64,000 bases of DNA from IMG/VR virus record IMGVR_UViG_3300026088_000011. One strand, given 5' to 3'. The stretch's first letter is position 1. Each line of letters starts with the position of its first letter. The DNA comes from a virus. Its lineage: Duplodnaviria > Heunggongvirae > Uroviricota > Caudoviricetes. This document shows positions 37,977 to 48,303 of this stretch, piece after piece. The position numbers were made by a program, and so were the translations under genes. The notes beneath the pieces are model-generated. The model was not told the origin of the DNA and ran no database searches. It worked only from the letters and a program-made list of their open reading frames with translations.

Positions 37977-40900
37977 TTAAATTGTTAATAAAATTGGTTT
38001 ACTTTTCTTTACACTAATTACTACTTCTTTTTCTGTGTTTTTGAGTGTTACAGAAGCACTTTTCTTTAATTTGATGTTTGTCACTTCGCTATCTATTGTA
38101 ATAGATGGTTTTTTCTCAATAGGATTACTATATATAATTCTTGAGAAATCCTTCATTTCTCCCATAGAAATTTTACCATAATTATTAGGATATTCTACTA
38201 TTTCAGCCCATGAATTTGTAGCTTTACAGTAAACATTCCAACTTCCTATTATCCACCAATCATTGTCAGATTTTTCATTATATAATGTGCATTCTTTTTC
38301 TTGTTTATAGATTGATTTACTAACACCTTCTACTTGTGTAATAGGTTTAAATTTACAACCCACTGGGAATCTCTTTTTAGCTTCAATCAAAAAACTCTCT
38401 TTTTCTGACATCTTAGAAACAAGTTCTATATGCTCAAAATATACACCATTTCCTGATTTAGGCCATGCTATATCTTCTGAAATTCTATCTATATGGAACT
38501 CCATTCCTTTTACCCACCCTGATGATGTTTTACCATCTTTCTTTTTATCAGTATCACCTATACATCTTACTTTATCTCCTATTTTGAATTTTTCCATAGT
38601 TTTAATAGGTAATTTGTCTATATGTCCTTCAGGAAGGTATTGTTGGATTTCACTGATAGAGATTTCCTTAATAGGGGTTATTTCTGATGGTACATAAGCA
38701 CCCTGTTTATAAAATGTAGAGTTTTGAATATAATCTCCCCATATAAGAGATGGATCAATTTTTTCGATTTTGATTGTTCTTTTTTCTCTATTGCTATAAC
38801 ATTCGCACTCATACCACTTCCCTATAACAAATTTACTTTCTTCTTTATTAGGAGGAATAAAACCTATAGGCATTAGTTCCCATGAAATACCTGTAGTGAC
38901 ATTATTATAATTCCAACTCCAGACTTTATTTAAGAATGTCCCTGATCCAGTAGTTGGAGAATCTATTCTGGTAATCAATAAATAGTCTCCTTTTTTCATA
39001 GTTCCTATACTTTGAGGACCATCTTTTAGAGCTTTTAAATATCTTCCTACAAGATTTTCTTCTTTCTTTTCCATAGATTTCCCTATTTTTTTATAGAATT
39101 CTTCTGGTGTAAGAACTTTTCCCCAAGGAATATTACTACTAGGAGCATAGTCTTTTAAACCCTTTTCTCCATAATACTTTTGTCCTCCGCACCAATTATT
39201 TCTATGTTTTTTATTCAAGAATTCTCTAACATCATGACTAAGTGAAGGATTACCTTCTACAAGAACACACCAATCTTCATTTTTAGGCTCCATAGATGAT
39301 GAATTAGGTATTTCATGGGGAAGTGCTTTTCTATAGACATCAAAAAAATACTCTCTACCTATCCAACTAGGAGTGCTATTTCTATCTTTGGAAAAAATCT
39401 GATCTCCATTTATACTAGTTATAATAGTAGGATTTTCCTTAATAGATAGATATTTACCTTCTTTATCCCATATCCAATCCCCTACTTGAGGTATCCATTG
39501 TTCTTCTTTCATAGGAAAATTCTCTTTTTTAGCTGGAATTTCTTGTAAATTAGCTATTTCTTTCAAATTAATAGCAATATTCTGTCTACTCCCTCCATCT
39601 AAATAAGCTTCTCTCGATTCTACAATGTTTATTCCTATAATAGCATCATATAATTCTATAGTTTTATTATTCCATGTCCATGTAAACCTGTAATTCTTCC
39701 CATTTTCTAATTTTGTTTCCATAGGTTTATTTTCTAATTTAGATGCCCAAATTCCTTTTCCTATAGGTACATAAAGTCTCCATTGATTATCATATAATAT
39801 TTCTCCATCTCCATCTATTTTGAAGTCTTGATTGAATATTTCTATAATTTTATCATAATTAGAACTACTGTCTGCATATAATTGATAGAATTTAGTACCA
39901 ATGGAAAATAACTTTTTAGTTTCTTGTAATAATATAGATTCTGTAGATTTCAGAGCTTGCTTTTTAGGAATGAATTTATTAGCCTTAATACAGCATTCTA
40001 ACCACTGGATTTCATCAGAATTAGCTTTTCTATCTCCTTCTCTTAGAAAACATCCTCCTCCTTTAGAAAACCCTGTATTACATGTTGTAGAAGTTCCTGT
40101 AAAGTGGTATTCACTATCTGTAGTGCCCCATTTATGAATATTTCCATTATCTGCTACATAATATTCTCCTTCAATTTTTACATCATTTTTAGGTCTTTCC
40201 TCAGGAAAATATTTGAAAACTTCTTCCATATTAGCAGGTTTTAAGTCAATCCAGCTTTTCTTACCTGCAAATCCATCCCAGTTTCCTGTTTGAGGGAAAT
40301 TATTATGGTTTATGTATTTATCTACTTTAAAATAATTGCCTTTATTTCCTAAATAATGAAATACATGTCTATTACCCCCATATAAACCCTCATACCAGTT
40401 TCCTTCAATAAGCTCTAATTCCTTAGATTTTACAGGTTTTGGAACAAATTTTCCTTTTTTAATACATAATTCCATCCATTCTATTTCATCTTCTGTAGAA
40501 GGAACAAATTTGTTATAAATATTACCTTTTATACTTTGGTCTTTAAAGAATACATCTACCATAGGATTAAGATAATAACAAGTTGTTTCATTTTTTATTT
40601 TGAAAATTTGCCACCTTTTATTAATATTATCTTCTAGAGTAGTATAACATTTTCCTACTTCCCAATTTATCACCTTATCAATATGACCATCTGGGAGATA
40701 TTGCTGAATTTCTTCTAAATCTTTCATAGGTTCAGCATATTTCCACCAATCACTATTATCCACATCAAGATTTAATCCAACCTGATTACCTAAACTTTTA
40801 GCCAAATGAATAGTATCAGCTTTTAACTTATTATTCATAAGAATCAAAGGTTTCATATATCTCCCTCCATGAATCTTATACCATTTTCCTATTGCAAGAT

Positions 40901-40988
40901 CATTTATTTCCATAGTTTTTATTCTTTTTATAGGTTTTCTTCCATATCCTAGCCAAAATTCTTTTAATTCATCTATGAAAGTTTCCAT
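37977..40988 (-). CDS. Large hypothetical protein (1003 aa) with internal sequence repeats
   Basis: Repeated modules: EEIQQYLPDGHIDKVINWEVGK (aa ~90) vs EIQQYLPEGHIDKLPIKTMEKFKIGDK (aa ~790); EIEWMELCIKKGKFVPKP vs EIQWLECCIKANKFIPKK; many W/G/Y-rich segments. Confidence 0.55.
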   Translation of the reverse strand: METFIDELKEFWLGYGRKPIKRIKTMEINDLAIGKWYKIHGGRYMKPLILMNNKLKADTIHLAKSLGNQVGLNLDVDNSDWWKYAEPMKDLEEIQQYLPDGHIDKVINWEVGKCYTTLEDNINKRWQIFKIKNETTCYYLNPMVDVFFKDQSIKGNIYNKFVPSTEDEIEWMELCIKKGKFVPKPVKSKELELIEGNWYEGLYGGNRHVFHYLGNKGNYFKVDKYINHNNFPQTGNWDGFAGKKSWIDLKPANMEEVFKYFPEERPKNDVKIEGEYYVADNGNIHKWGTTDSEYHFTGTSTTCNTGFSKGGGCFLREGDRKANSDEIQWLECCIKANKFIPKKQALKSTESILLQETKKLFSIGTKFYQLYADSSSNYDKIIEIFNQDFKIDGDGEILYDNQWRLYVPIGKGIWASKLENKPMETKLENGKNYRFTWTWNNKTIELYDAIIGINIVESREAYLDGGSRQNIAINLKEIANLQEIPAKKENFPMKEEQWIPQVGDWIWDKEGKYLSIKENPTIITSINGDQIFSKDRNSTPSWIGREYFFDVYRKALPHEIPNSSSMEPKNEDWCVLVEGNPSLSHDVREFLNKKHRNNWCGGQKYYGEKGLKDYAPSSNIPWGKVLTPEEFYKKIGKSMEKKEENLVGRYLKALKDGPQSIGTMKKGDYLLITRIDSPTTGSGTFLNKVWSWNYNNVTTGISWELMPIGFIPPNKEESKFVIGKWYECECYSNREKRTIKIEKIDPSLIWGDYIQNSTFYKQGAYVPSEITPIKEISISEIQQYLPEGHIDKLPIKTMEKFKIGDKVRCIGDTDKKKDGKTSSGWVKGMEFHIDRISEDIAWPKSGNGVYFEHIELVSKMSEKESFLIEAKKRFPVGCKFKPITQVEGVSKSIYKQEKECTLYNEKSDNDWWIIGSWNVYCKATNSWAEIVEYPNNYGKISMGEMKDFSRIIYSNPIEKKPSITIDSEVTNIKLKKSASVTLKNTEKEVVISVKKSKPILLTI

Positions 40989-41174
40989 ATGTAAATTTTA
41001 AGTAAAAATCCTAATGGCTACAAAAATTGTCAACAGCATGTAAGATGTATTCTTTATGTTTCTTACCTTGTCCATCCTCTACAGTGATGGTTTCCCTTAT
41101 ATGAAATACTGATTGAGGTTTTCTACCCAAAACCTTTTTACTCTTTTTCTTTGATTTCTTAATATTAGTCATAA

Positions 41175-41597
41175 TTATAGAGTTTTAATTTCACCTTTTA
41201 TATATTTAACTAGTCTTTCATTAGCTCCACTCCTCCAATTATTACCTCTAGCTATAAATACTTCAATAGGTGAGAAATAACTTGTTCTTTCTTTACTAAA
41301 ACCAATATTTACAGCTCCATCCTCTTTTCTGTACTTTCCTATAGGAGTACCATTTAATTTATATTCTTCCCAATTATCTCCTGTTTTTGTAGAATACACT
41401 CTACTACAACTTTTCTCTATTAATTCTTTAGCTCTTTTAGAAAAACAATTAGATGTCATTTGACCATAAATACACTCGAATTTGCTAGAAAAATCTAGTT
41501 TTTGAAAATTTAATCTATTTCTTTCCTCAACTGTAGCTAGTTTTCTTAAACTTTTAGCTTCTTTTATTACAAGAGCTGGATATTTGAATTTTTTCAT
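41175..41597 (-). CDS. hypothetical protein
   Basis: 140-aa ORF. Confidence 0.4.
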   Translation of the reverse strand: MKKFKYPALVIKEAKSLRKLATVEERNRLNFQKLDFSSKFECIYGQMTSNCFSKRAKELIEKSCSRVYSTKTGDNWEEYKLNGTPIGKYRKEDGAVNIGFSKERTSYFSPIEVFIARGNNWRSGANERLVKYIKGEIKTL

Positions 41598-41599
41598 AA

Positions 41600-41797
41600 T
41601 TATTTATACTTAGAATAACTTTTACCACTACCTTGTACAATAAACCATCCATTACACATTCCTTGAGACATAGAATATAGGAATTCCACCTTATAATATC
41701 TTTGTTTCAATTTAGCAAAGGATTGTCTTATTTGTTCTTTTGTCCTATTGTAGAAATATATTGCTTTTTTCATTGTTTTATTTATTTTTTGTTGCAA
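41600..41797 (-). CDS. hypothetical protein
   Basis: 65-aa ORF. Confidence 0.3.
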   Translation of the reverse strand: MQQKINKTMKKAIYFYNRTKEQIRQSFAKLKQRYYKVEFLYSMSQGMCNGWFIVQGSGKSYSKYK

Positions 41798-41929
41798 TAA
41801 TTCCGATTATCATAAAGGATGAGCTAATCAAAATTGCAATTAATACTATTATATCCATCCTAATAAGAAACAAATTTAACAACATTGTAAGATTTGCTCC
41901 TAGATTAAACCATCTTAAATTGTTCCATT

Positions 41930-42136
41930 TCATAATGAATAAGGGTTTTTATCTTGTGGTGGTTTATGATTTTCTGTTTCTCCCACTATAAATGAGATGA
42001 ATGCAAGAAGTAGGGATAGTATTCCCCAAGAGACAATACTTCTTTCTAATAGTATAATTCCTGAATATATTAGGAAAAATCCTCCTAATAAGAGGAATAT
42101 GGACAGCCCATATATTAATTTTACATAAGTTTTCAT
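41930..42136 (-). CDS. small two-TM membrane protein (holin-like)
   Basis: 68 aa, two hydrophobic helices and a charged C-terminal tail. Confidence 0.35.
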   Translation of the reverse strand: MKTYVKLIYGLSIFLLLGGFFLIYSGIILLERSIVSWGILSLLLAFISFIVGETENHKPPQDKNPYSL

Positions 42137-42426
42137 GATAGTTTGAGGGTTTCTTTAAATTTCTTTCTTATTTCTTTGATTTTGTACTTAGTTCCATAAT
42201 CAGAAATATCTAATAAATGGACTAATTCATGTATTATTCCTTCATCTCCTAATACATTATAGGAAGGAAGTTCCTTTAAATATGCTACAAAACAAGCAAA
42301 ATGAAGAACTGAGGGTAGACAGTGTATGAACTCACTATCTGTCATTCTTATTATTTCATTATATTTTACCCTCAATTCTTCATATGAAAACGTATATCTT
42401 GCACCACTTTCACTTAGATAGTCCAT
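42133..42426 (-). CDS. hypothetical protein
   Basis: 97-aa ORF. Confidence 0.35.
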   Translation of the reverse strand: MDYLSESGARYTFSYEELRVKYNEIIRMTDSEFIHCLPSVLHFACFVAYLKELPSYNVLGDEGIIHELVHLLDISDYGTKYKIKEIRKKFKETLKLS

Positions 42427-42580
42427 TTGGTCCTGTTAAAATAAGTGGCTTATTCCAACCTACTACATCTTTTTCAATAGCTTTAAGTATCTTTTTATCG
42501 TTTTTTGATAAAGAAGTACAAACATCCTTACTTGTTATCATTTCTCTTAGTAATTGTACTTTTTCTTCTAATGTAATCAT
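42410..42580 (-). CDS. hypothetical protein (start trimmed to internal Met MITLEEK)
   Basis: ORF 42410-42634 trimmed to avoid overlap. Confidence 0.3.
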   Translation of the reverse strand: MITLEEKVQLLREMITSKDVCTSLSKNDKKILKAIEKDVVGWNKPLILTGPNGLSK

Positions 42581-42882
42581 ATCAATATGTTTAAATTTCC
42601 AATTAAAGCTAATAATAAATACCCTAATAGCCACTGAAATCCTCCATTTTGCTTATTAGGATCTAATTGTTTCTTTCTATACATCCTATCATATTCCTCT
42701 ACTAGAATAGAATTAATTTCTCCATGTCTATAAGGAATAAAATGAGGAGAATATTCTTTTCTATGTAAATGGTGCTTACTTTCCTCTATTTTAACTCTTG
42801 TTTCCTTAAAATACACTGTTTTTTGAGGCTGTATACATGAAATACATATAAATACCATTAATATAAAAATTAGAGTTTTCAT
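42577..42882 (-). CDS. secreted or membrane-anchored hypothetical protein
   Basis: N-terminal signal-like MKTLIFILMVFICISCIQP. Confidence 0.35.
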   Translation of the reverse strand: MKTLIFILMVFICISCIQPQKTVYFKETRVKIEESKHHLHRKEYSPHFIPYRHGEINSILVEEYDRMYRKKQLDPNKQNGGFQWLLGYLLLALIGNLNILI

Positions 42883-43139
42883 ACATATTCTTCAATTAAT
42901 GATTCTTCTAATTTCTTTATTACTTCCTCTCCAAAATCATTATCCACTTCTCTAAACCTTTCTACCCTTTTTAAATCTTGAGTTTCCTCAATGAAATAGC
43001 ACTTGTTTCCTGTAATAGGATTGGGATAAATACTTCCATCAGTAGTGTATATTTCTCCTTCTACTAATCCTACTCCTATACTATTATTACCCAAATGTTT
43101 ATTGGGAATAGGTCTATTATTTATACATACAAGTTTCAT
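42879..43139 (-). CDS. hypothetical protein
   Basis: 86-aa ORF. Confidence 0.35.
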   Translation of the reverse strand: MKLVCINNRPIPNKHLGNNSIGVGLVEGEIYTTDGSIYPNPITGNKCYFIEETQDLKRVERFREVDNDFGEEVIKKLEESLIEEYV

Positions 43140-43146
43140 AGTATTT

Positions 43147-43563
43147 TTATTTAATTTGCCACCATCCCGTAGGAATTTGTTGAAGAGACTTTAATCTTGT
43201 AGGTTCGTCATCATCATAAAAATAATCATCGTACACCTCTCCATTACAAGCGTATGATACATGAATATCGAACATAGTAATGTATTTACCCTTATTTAAG
43301 ATGGTTAACATTTGACCATATTCCACTCTAGATGTATTAGAAACATAATCTACTCTAAAATGAAGAACCTTTGCTATTCTATTAATAACTTTTGTACATT
43401 CCCAGAAATTTAGTCCTTTTCTAGCCTTCAATTTCATTAAATCAGCTATGACAAAAAAAGCAGTTTCTGATATGTTAAATGCCTGAGAAATAGCCTTTGT
43501 AGCACATTCTCCATAATTAAATCCTGAATTTGTAGGATGTATAGTGATTATTGTTTTTCTCAT
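43147..43563 (-). CDS. hypothetical protein
   Basis: 138-aa ORF. Confidence 0.4.
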   Translation of the reverse strand: MRKTIITIHPTNSGFNYGECATKAISQAFNISETAFFVIADLMKLKARKGLNFWECTKVINRIAKVLHFRVDYVSNTSRVEYGQMLTILNKGKYITMFDIHVSYACNGEVYDDYFYDDDEPTRLKSLQQIPTGWWQIK

Positions 43564-44207
43564 ATATTAGAAATTTAGGTAGAAAATAGGAGACTATCAC
43601 TCCTCTATATACACAATTAGGACTTAAAGAGTTAAACTTCGATGTAGTTACCTACAAACTTCTACCTGATTCTCGTTCTCCTAATAGAGAGTTTAAACTG
43701 TTTTCAGGGCTATCTTGTTCCTAATAACACAATATAGGCTATGAATTCACACATATATCCTGTAAAAGGAGTGTCTTTAAATAAAACAATATTCTATATT
43801 AGCATAAGGTTCATGTATTCTTACATATTCCTCTAATATTTCTGCTACTTTTTCCCTTCTCCTCTTACGAGTATAATGGGTGAATCCGACACGCAAAACA
43901 TTAGCACATTTAATAAATGTTTTCATAATTTTTATTAATTTACAATGTAAATAAAGAAAAAATAACTCTCTTGTCCAATTTTCTAGTGGAATAGGTGATC
44001 AATTGGTTATCCCTATCTCTACAATAAACATTAACTGCTAGAACAAACTAATAGATTTCGTACTTTCTCTTGCACGCTGAATGTTTCATCTCTGCAAGTC
44101 CTGGTATATACTGTGGTAATTACTCCTATGTATAGCTGGCACATCTATGGTTCCTCTGTCAGGTATTCGTTTCTATTATTGTTTATCTTCAAGCAAGAGA
44201 GTATATT

Positions 44208-44339
44208 TTATGTCTTTTTTAAACTACCTGGTTTATGATAACTTCCTGGATTACGAGATAAAGCATCTTGAATAGTTCTATCAGAATGAAAAGCACTTTG
44301 TTTTCTTTCTAATCTCTTTCTTTGTTTTATTGCTTTCAT
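44208..44339 (-). CDS. small basic hypothetical protein (start at MKAIKQRK)
   Basis: C-terminal part of ORF 44208-44483; ATGA overlap with the upstream gene. Confidence 0.3.
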   Translation of the reverse strand: MKAIKQRKRLERKQSAFHSDRTIQDALSRNPGSYHKPGSLKKT

Positions 44340-44614
44340 AATTGTGCGTAAAATGGTTGTAATTTTTGTGGTATTTCCACAGTTTCTTCTTTTTTGAATG
44401 ATTGCCCTTCTTGAGAAGGTAATTCTATAAATAAGGATATATGAGCAGCATCTAAAGGATTTAACTCCTCTAATCTGTGCCACATATCTAAATTTTTGTA
44501 TACATATCCAACAGGCTCAATTCTAATACTATTATAAATCTCTCCTTTCTTAGGAATTAGTTTAACTGCATGCCCAGGTTGTAATGTTCCATTTTCTATA
44601 CATAATACTTGCAT
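44336..44614 (-). CDS. hypothetical protein
   Basis: 92-aa ORF. Confidence 0.4.
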   Translation of the reverse strand: MQVLCIENGTLQPGHAVKLIPKKGEIYNSIRIEPVGYVYKNLDMWHRLEELNPLDAAHISLFIELPSQEGQSFKKEETVEIPQKLQPFYAQL

Positions 44615-44631
44615 TTTGATAAATTTTAAAG

Positions 44632-44814
44632 TTATTCAAATGTTATAGGACAAACTTTTACATTACTAGGCCAAGCATAAAATCGCTTGTTTGTACTACA
44701 AAATACCTCTGTCATACCCATTTCATGAGCAAAAACAGTGAATATTCTATTGTCCCATATAAACTTCTGAGAAGTTCTAAATAGGCTTAATTCTGTTATA
44801 GGATATGTTTTCAT
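44632..44814 (-). CDS. hypothetical protein
   Basis: 60-aa ORF. Confidence 0.3.
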   Translation of the reverse strand: MKTYPITELSLFRTSQKFIWDNRIFTVFAHEMGMTEVFCSTNKRFYAWPSNVKVCPITFE

Positions 44815-45356
44815 GATTTTTTATTAAATGGATATAATGTAGATTTCACATATTGATCAAAGAATTTCTTTGTTACTTTGGAATAGTTTTTCTCTCCTTC
44901 TAATGAGAATTCTACCATTAATTCTCCATCTTCCCAATATTCAATGATTTCTCTGGAATAAGAATAAGCAGGATATTTGTCCCCCTTCTTGTATCTAGGG
45001 TCTTCTAGACCTTTATTCCATTTTTCATTCCAATATTTATCATCTTCTGTATGAATTCTATCCTCTAAATGCTCAGGTTGCATATATTTATGTTTCTGAA
45101 TATAGGGAAGGAATATCTTTTGAGCTGATTTTATACCCATTGTTACTTCAGAGACAACACTAATTCTATTAGCACAATAAGCATGTTCTCCAGATAAACT
45201 ACCTTTAAAAGTATTCATATCTGTTTCAATACTATCATTACCTATTATTCTTAGATAATCATGAGCAATAATTATTCTCTCAGCTCCCACATTCCTTTGT
45301 TCATCTTTTAATGAAACTACAAAAGTATGCTCGTCTATTTGGTTAATTATTTTCAT
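44811..45356 (-). CDS. hypothetical protein
   Basis: 181-aa ORF. Confidence 0.4.
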   Translation of the reverse strand: MKIINQIDEHTFVVSLKDEQRNVGAERIIIAHDYLRIIGNDSIETDMNTFKGSLSGEHAYCANRISVVSEVTMGIKSAQKIFLPYIQKHKYMQPEHLEDRIHTEDDKYWNEKWNKGLEDPRYKKGDKYPAYSYSREIIEYWEDGELMVEFSLEGEKNYSKVTKKFFDQYVKSTLYPFNKKS

Positions 45357-45357
45357 A

Positions 45358-45606
45358 TTATAATGGGGTGTATTCTGTTACAAATTCTTTAATTTCTCCA
45401 TTTTTGAGAGCATTGTAATTTTCTTCAAGAAAAGGAGGGTGAATAGTAGCATATTTATTATCTACAGGAGAACCTATTATATTTGATCCTACTCCAATTC
45501 TATCATTATTTAATATTTTCTGCATTACCTTTGCCAATGGACAATTATAATTATCATCATAACTTCCAGCATTCTTTACATCTTCTTGTGTTATTACAAT
45601 TTTCAT
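45358..45606 (-). CDS. hypothetical protein
   Basis: 82-aa ORF. Confidence 0.35.
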   Translation of the reverse strand: MKIVITQEDVKNAGSYDDNYNCPLAKVMQKILNNDRIGVGSNIIGSPVDNKYATIHPPFLEENYNALKNGEIKEFVTEYTPL

Positions 45607-45797
45607 GGTTTTAGAGGTTTAGTGTCTTCAAAATCCATATATCCTATAACAGCACCTATTCCAAATAGAGCACTAAATCCGTAAATACATTCTCTTTTAT
45701 AAGAAGGTTCAAAATCAGATTCAAAGAATTTTATTACACATTTTACCTCTCCAACAATAAGAATTATAGCAATAGCTATATAAATTATATATTTCAT
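45603..45797 (-). CDS. small membrane protein (start at internal MKYIIYIAI)
   Basis: One TM helix plus a hydrophobic C-terminal segment. Confidence 0.3.
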   Translation of the reverse strand: MKYIIYIAIAIILIVGEVKCVIKFFESDFEPSYKRECIYGFSALFGIGAVIGYMDFEDTKPLKP

Positions 45798-45804
45798 AAT
45801 ATTT

Positions 45805-45978
45805 TTAGTTAAATTCGTCCAAAATAACAATAATTCCAGCAAGACCAAATAGAAATATACTAGCACCTCCCCATTCATTTGTTTTAAATGTCCAATTAAG
45901 GAGAGAAAAGAATAAGTACAGCACTATCATAAAAGATAGGAATTTAAAAAATCTATCTAGTGTTTTTAAGCTTTTCAT
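45805..45978 (-). CDS. small membrane protein (57 aa; not in the ORF track)
   Basis: Reverse complement reads MKSLKTLDRFFKFLSFMIVLYLFFSLLNW...GLAGIIVILDEFN. Confidence 0.3.
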   Translation of the reverse strand: MKSLKTLDRFFKFLSFMIVLYLFFSLLNWTFKTNEWGGASIFLFGLAGIIVILDEFN

Positions 45979-45984
45979 GTTTTC

Positions 45985-46158
45985 TTATTTTAGTGAGAAA
46001 ATAGAGATGAGTAATAACAATAGTCCTATAATAGTAGGAATTGTAGAATAGAGATGATATTTAATTTCATAAAAAGGAAGATCATTCTTAGAATTTACAC
46101 ACACCCCTGCTATTCCTATTAGGAATAAACTAACTGCTATAATCCATAAAGTTGTCAT
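45985..46158 (-). CDS. small membrane protein (57 aa; not in the ORF track)
   Basis: Reverse complement reads MTTLWIIAVSLFLIGIAGVCV...IIGLLLLLISIFSLK. Confidence 0.3.
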   Translation of the reverse strand: MTTLWIIAVSLFLIGIAGVCVNSKNDLPFYEIKYHLYSTIPTIIGLLLLLISIFSLK

Positions 46159-46195
46159 AAATTTATTGGTTAATTTTAAAGAAAAAGAGGAAATT

Positions 46196-46600
46196 TTATT
46201 CCTCTTTTGTATCTTTTAATGACTGATAGTATGATTTTTCAATTTCTTGAATATTCTCCACCATATTGAAGATTTCCTTCATTTTCTCTGAGAATTCTTT
46301 CTTTTTGTTTACCACTGTCTTTTTGAAATCCTCTTCAGCTTTCTTTACTTCCTTATCAAATTCAAGCTTTTTGTCCAAAAGACTCTTAGCCTTTGCTTTA
46401 AAGTCTTTTATGAAATCTTCCCTTCTTTCTTTCAATAAATCCTCTACAATTGTTCCTAATTCATCATTAGGAACATTTACCTTTTTAAGAGTTTTCTCTC
46501 CTCCCAATAAAGCTATCAATTTCTTGAAATTAGCATCAAATTGCTTGCTCACCTTATCATTCTGTTGTTCTGGGGTTTCTTGTGTTATATTATCTTCCAT
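46196..46600 (-). CDS. hypothetical K/E-rich coiled-coil protein
   Basis: 134-aa ORF. Confidence 0.4.
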   Translation of the reverse strand: MEDNITQETPEQQNDKVSKQFDANFKKLIALLGGEKTLKKVNVPNDELGTIVEDLLKERREDFIKDFKAKAKSLLDKKLEFDKEVKKAEEDFKKTVVNKKKEFSEKMKEIFNMVENIQEIEKSYYQSLKDTKEE

Positions 46601-46605
46601 ATTTG

Positions 46606-46950
46606 TTAAAATTTAAAGTTTTTAAGTTTACTAATGTCAAATTCTTCATTTCTATTTACTATTGATGATTCTAAAGCTAAGGAAGTATTGTTATAATCTT
46701 TAAATACATTATTTAATGTATAATTTAAACCATCTCTATAAGGATGACTAAATATAATATACTTAAATTCTCTATCTCCAGAAATCATGCAGTTTATATC
46801 TCTGGGACTAAACCTATAAAAATCTTTAGAACAGTGTTTTAACCCCTGTATTAGAACACTTACAAAATCACTAGTTTTTAAATCTTCCTTCTTTCTAGCC
46901 CATTTGAATGTCTGTTCTATTACATTCTTTATATTTACAAAGTCATCCAT
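46606..46950 (-). CDS. hypothetical protein
   Basis: 114-aa ORF. Confidence 0.4.
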   Translation of the reverse strand: MDDFVNIKNVIEQTFKWARKKEDLKTSDFVSVLIQGLKHCSKDFYRFSPRDINCMISGDREFKYIIFSHPYRDGLNYTLNNVFKDYNNTSLALESSIVNRNEEFDISKLKNFKF

Positions 46951-47196
46951 AAATTTAATTGTTTAGAATGTGTAAAAAAGGTTAATATCCTGTAACTTTA
47001 GCCTTGCTGCCTGTTAATTCAGACCAGTATTAACCTTTTTCATTACTTTATTTATGTGTCTTGTAATTAGAATATGTATAACACACCTTCTTTGAAGGAC
47101 TACAAGAGAATACCATCATTGTAATTATTACAAGTAATAGTAAATAGAATACCTTTTTCATTGTTTTTTAATTTATTTGGTTAGTTTTAATTGATT

Positions 47197-47382
47197 TTAG
47201 TCACCTTTGTACCATTCGTATAACACTAATCCCCAAAGAAAGGATAGAAGTACATCTGGTATCCATAGTAGAAACCATAAATTCTCCCCTGTCTTAGGAG
47301 GATAAAATTGATACATTTGAATAGGTATAAGCCATAAAAGTGCTATGAATAGTATTCCTAATACCGCTAATAAATCTTTCAT
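47197..47382 (-). CDS. small membrane protein
   Basis: 61 aa, two TM segments. Confidence 0.3.
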   Translation of the reverse strand: MKDLLAVLGILFIALLWLIPIQMYQFYPPKTGENLWFLLWIPDVLLSFLWGLVLYEWYKGD

Positions 47383-47441
47383 ATTGTTTGTTTTTAGTGT
47401 AATTAGGGCTACATTTTAGAAGATGTTGCCCACGTAATAAC

Positions 47442-48116
47442 TTATATATTTTGATTCATCCAATCTTTTACTCCTGTTATAGTCTTGATCTTGGGATTAG
47501 CTTCTTCACGAGAATTGAAATAAACAAACTTTTCTATTAATTCTATTACTTCTTCTCTATTCCAAATATCTTTCACTCTCTTAATTGTAATAGTATTGTC
47601 TTTTGGATTTACTTTAGGAAAATATTCCAGTGGTCTATCTAACCACTCTATTCCTTCATATTCTACCATTACTTGTTTAATCTGTTTTCCTTCATTATAT
47701 GCTTTTACATATACTTCAAGAAATGAGTTAGAGGGTTGAGGATAAAAATCTCCTATTTCTTTAAGTTTAGTAAAGTCTCTTAAAGAGCTATCTGTTGTAG
47801 CTATGATTTTTTTAAACCAAGCTTTATTAATTAATTGTTCTTTAGTTATTTGAAAAGGCTTTTCTCCTATAACAGATTCTTTATAAAGACACCAATCTCT
47901 TTCTTTTATCTCTTCATCTGATAAGATATAAAGATGTTGATTGGTACAACTATTATTTCTAAACTTTGCAAGTAGTTGCATAGGATTTAAAAATAATCCT
48001 TTTTGTACATTATTTAACGTTATAGGTGCTTTTTCATTAGTTGGAAGCATAACAACTTGTACTTTCTTTAACATAGCTTTAGCTTTTAGTTTTAGAATTT
48101 CTATATATATATCCAC
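47442..48116 (-). CDS. hypothetical protein
   Basis: 224-aa ORF. Confidence 0.4.
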   Translation of the reverse strand: MDIYIEILKLKAKAMLKKVQVVMLPTNEKAPITLNNVQKGLFLNPMQLLAKFRNNSCTNQHLYILSDEEIKERDWCLYKESVIGEKPFQITKEQLINKAWFKKIIATTDSSLRDFTKLKEIGDFYPQPSNSFLEVYVKAYNEGKQIKQVMVEYEGIEWLDRPLEYFPKVNPKDNTITIKRVKDIWNREEVIELIEKFVYFNSREEANPKIKTITGVKDWMNQNI

Positions 48117-48303
48117 TTTGAGATAGAGGTAAATTTAACTCTCTTCTTGATCTTTTAATAGCATCATTATAACTAGTAGCATCTTTTATAGTGCCAAGAT
48201 ACTTATCGTCATCAAATACATCTATATCTCTAGTATATTGTTTATTCTTTTTCATTGTAGACATAGCTTTAATGTTTAAGTTTTTTGAAAAGGAATAGAA
48301 CAT
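48079..48303 (-). CDS. hypothetical protein
   Basis: 74-aa ORF. Confidence 0.3.
   Translation of the reverse strand: MFYSFSKNLNIKAMSTMKKNKQYTRDIDVFDDDKYLGTIKDATSYNDAIKRSRRELNLPLSQSGYIYRNSKTKS

Noticed and set aside
44208-44483. Full 91-aa ORF 44208-44483
   Set aside because: Its N-terminal two-thirds overlaps gene 44336-44614 in another frame and is low complexity. Only the C-terminal 44-aa part (44208-44339) was kept.
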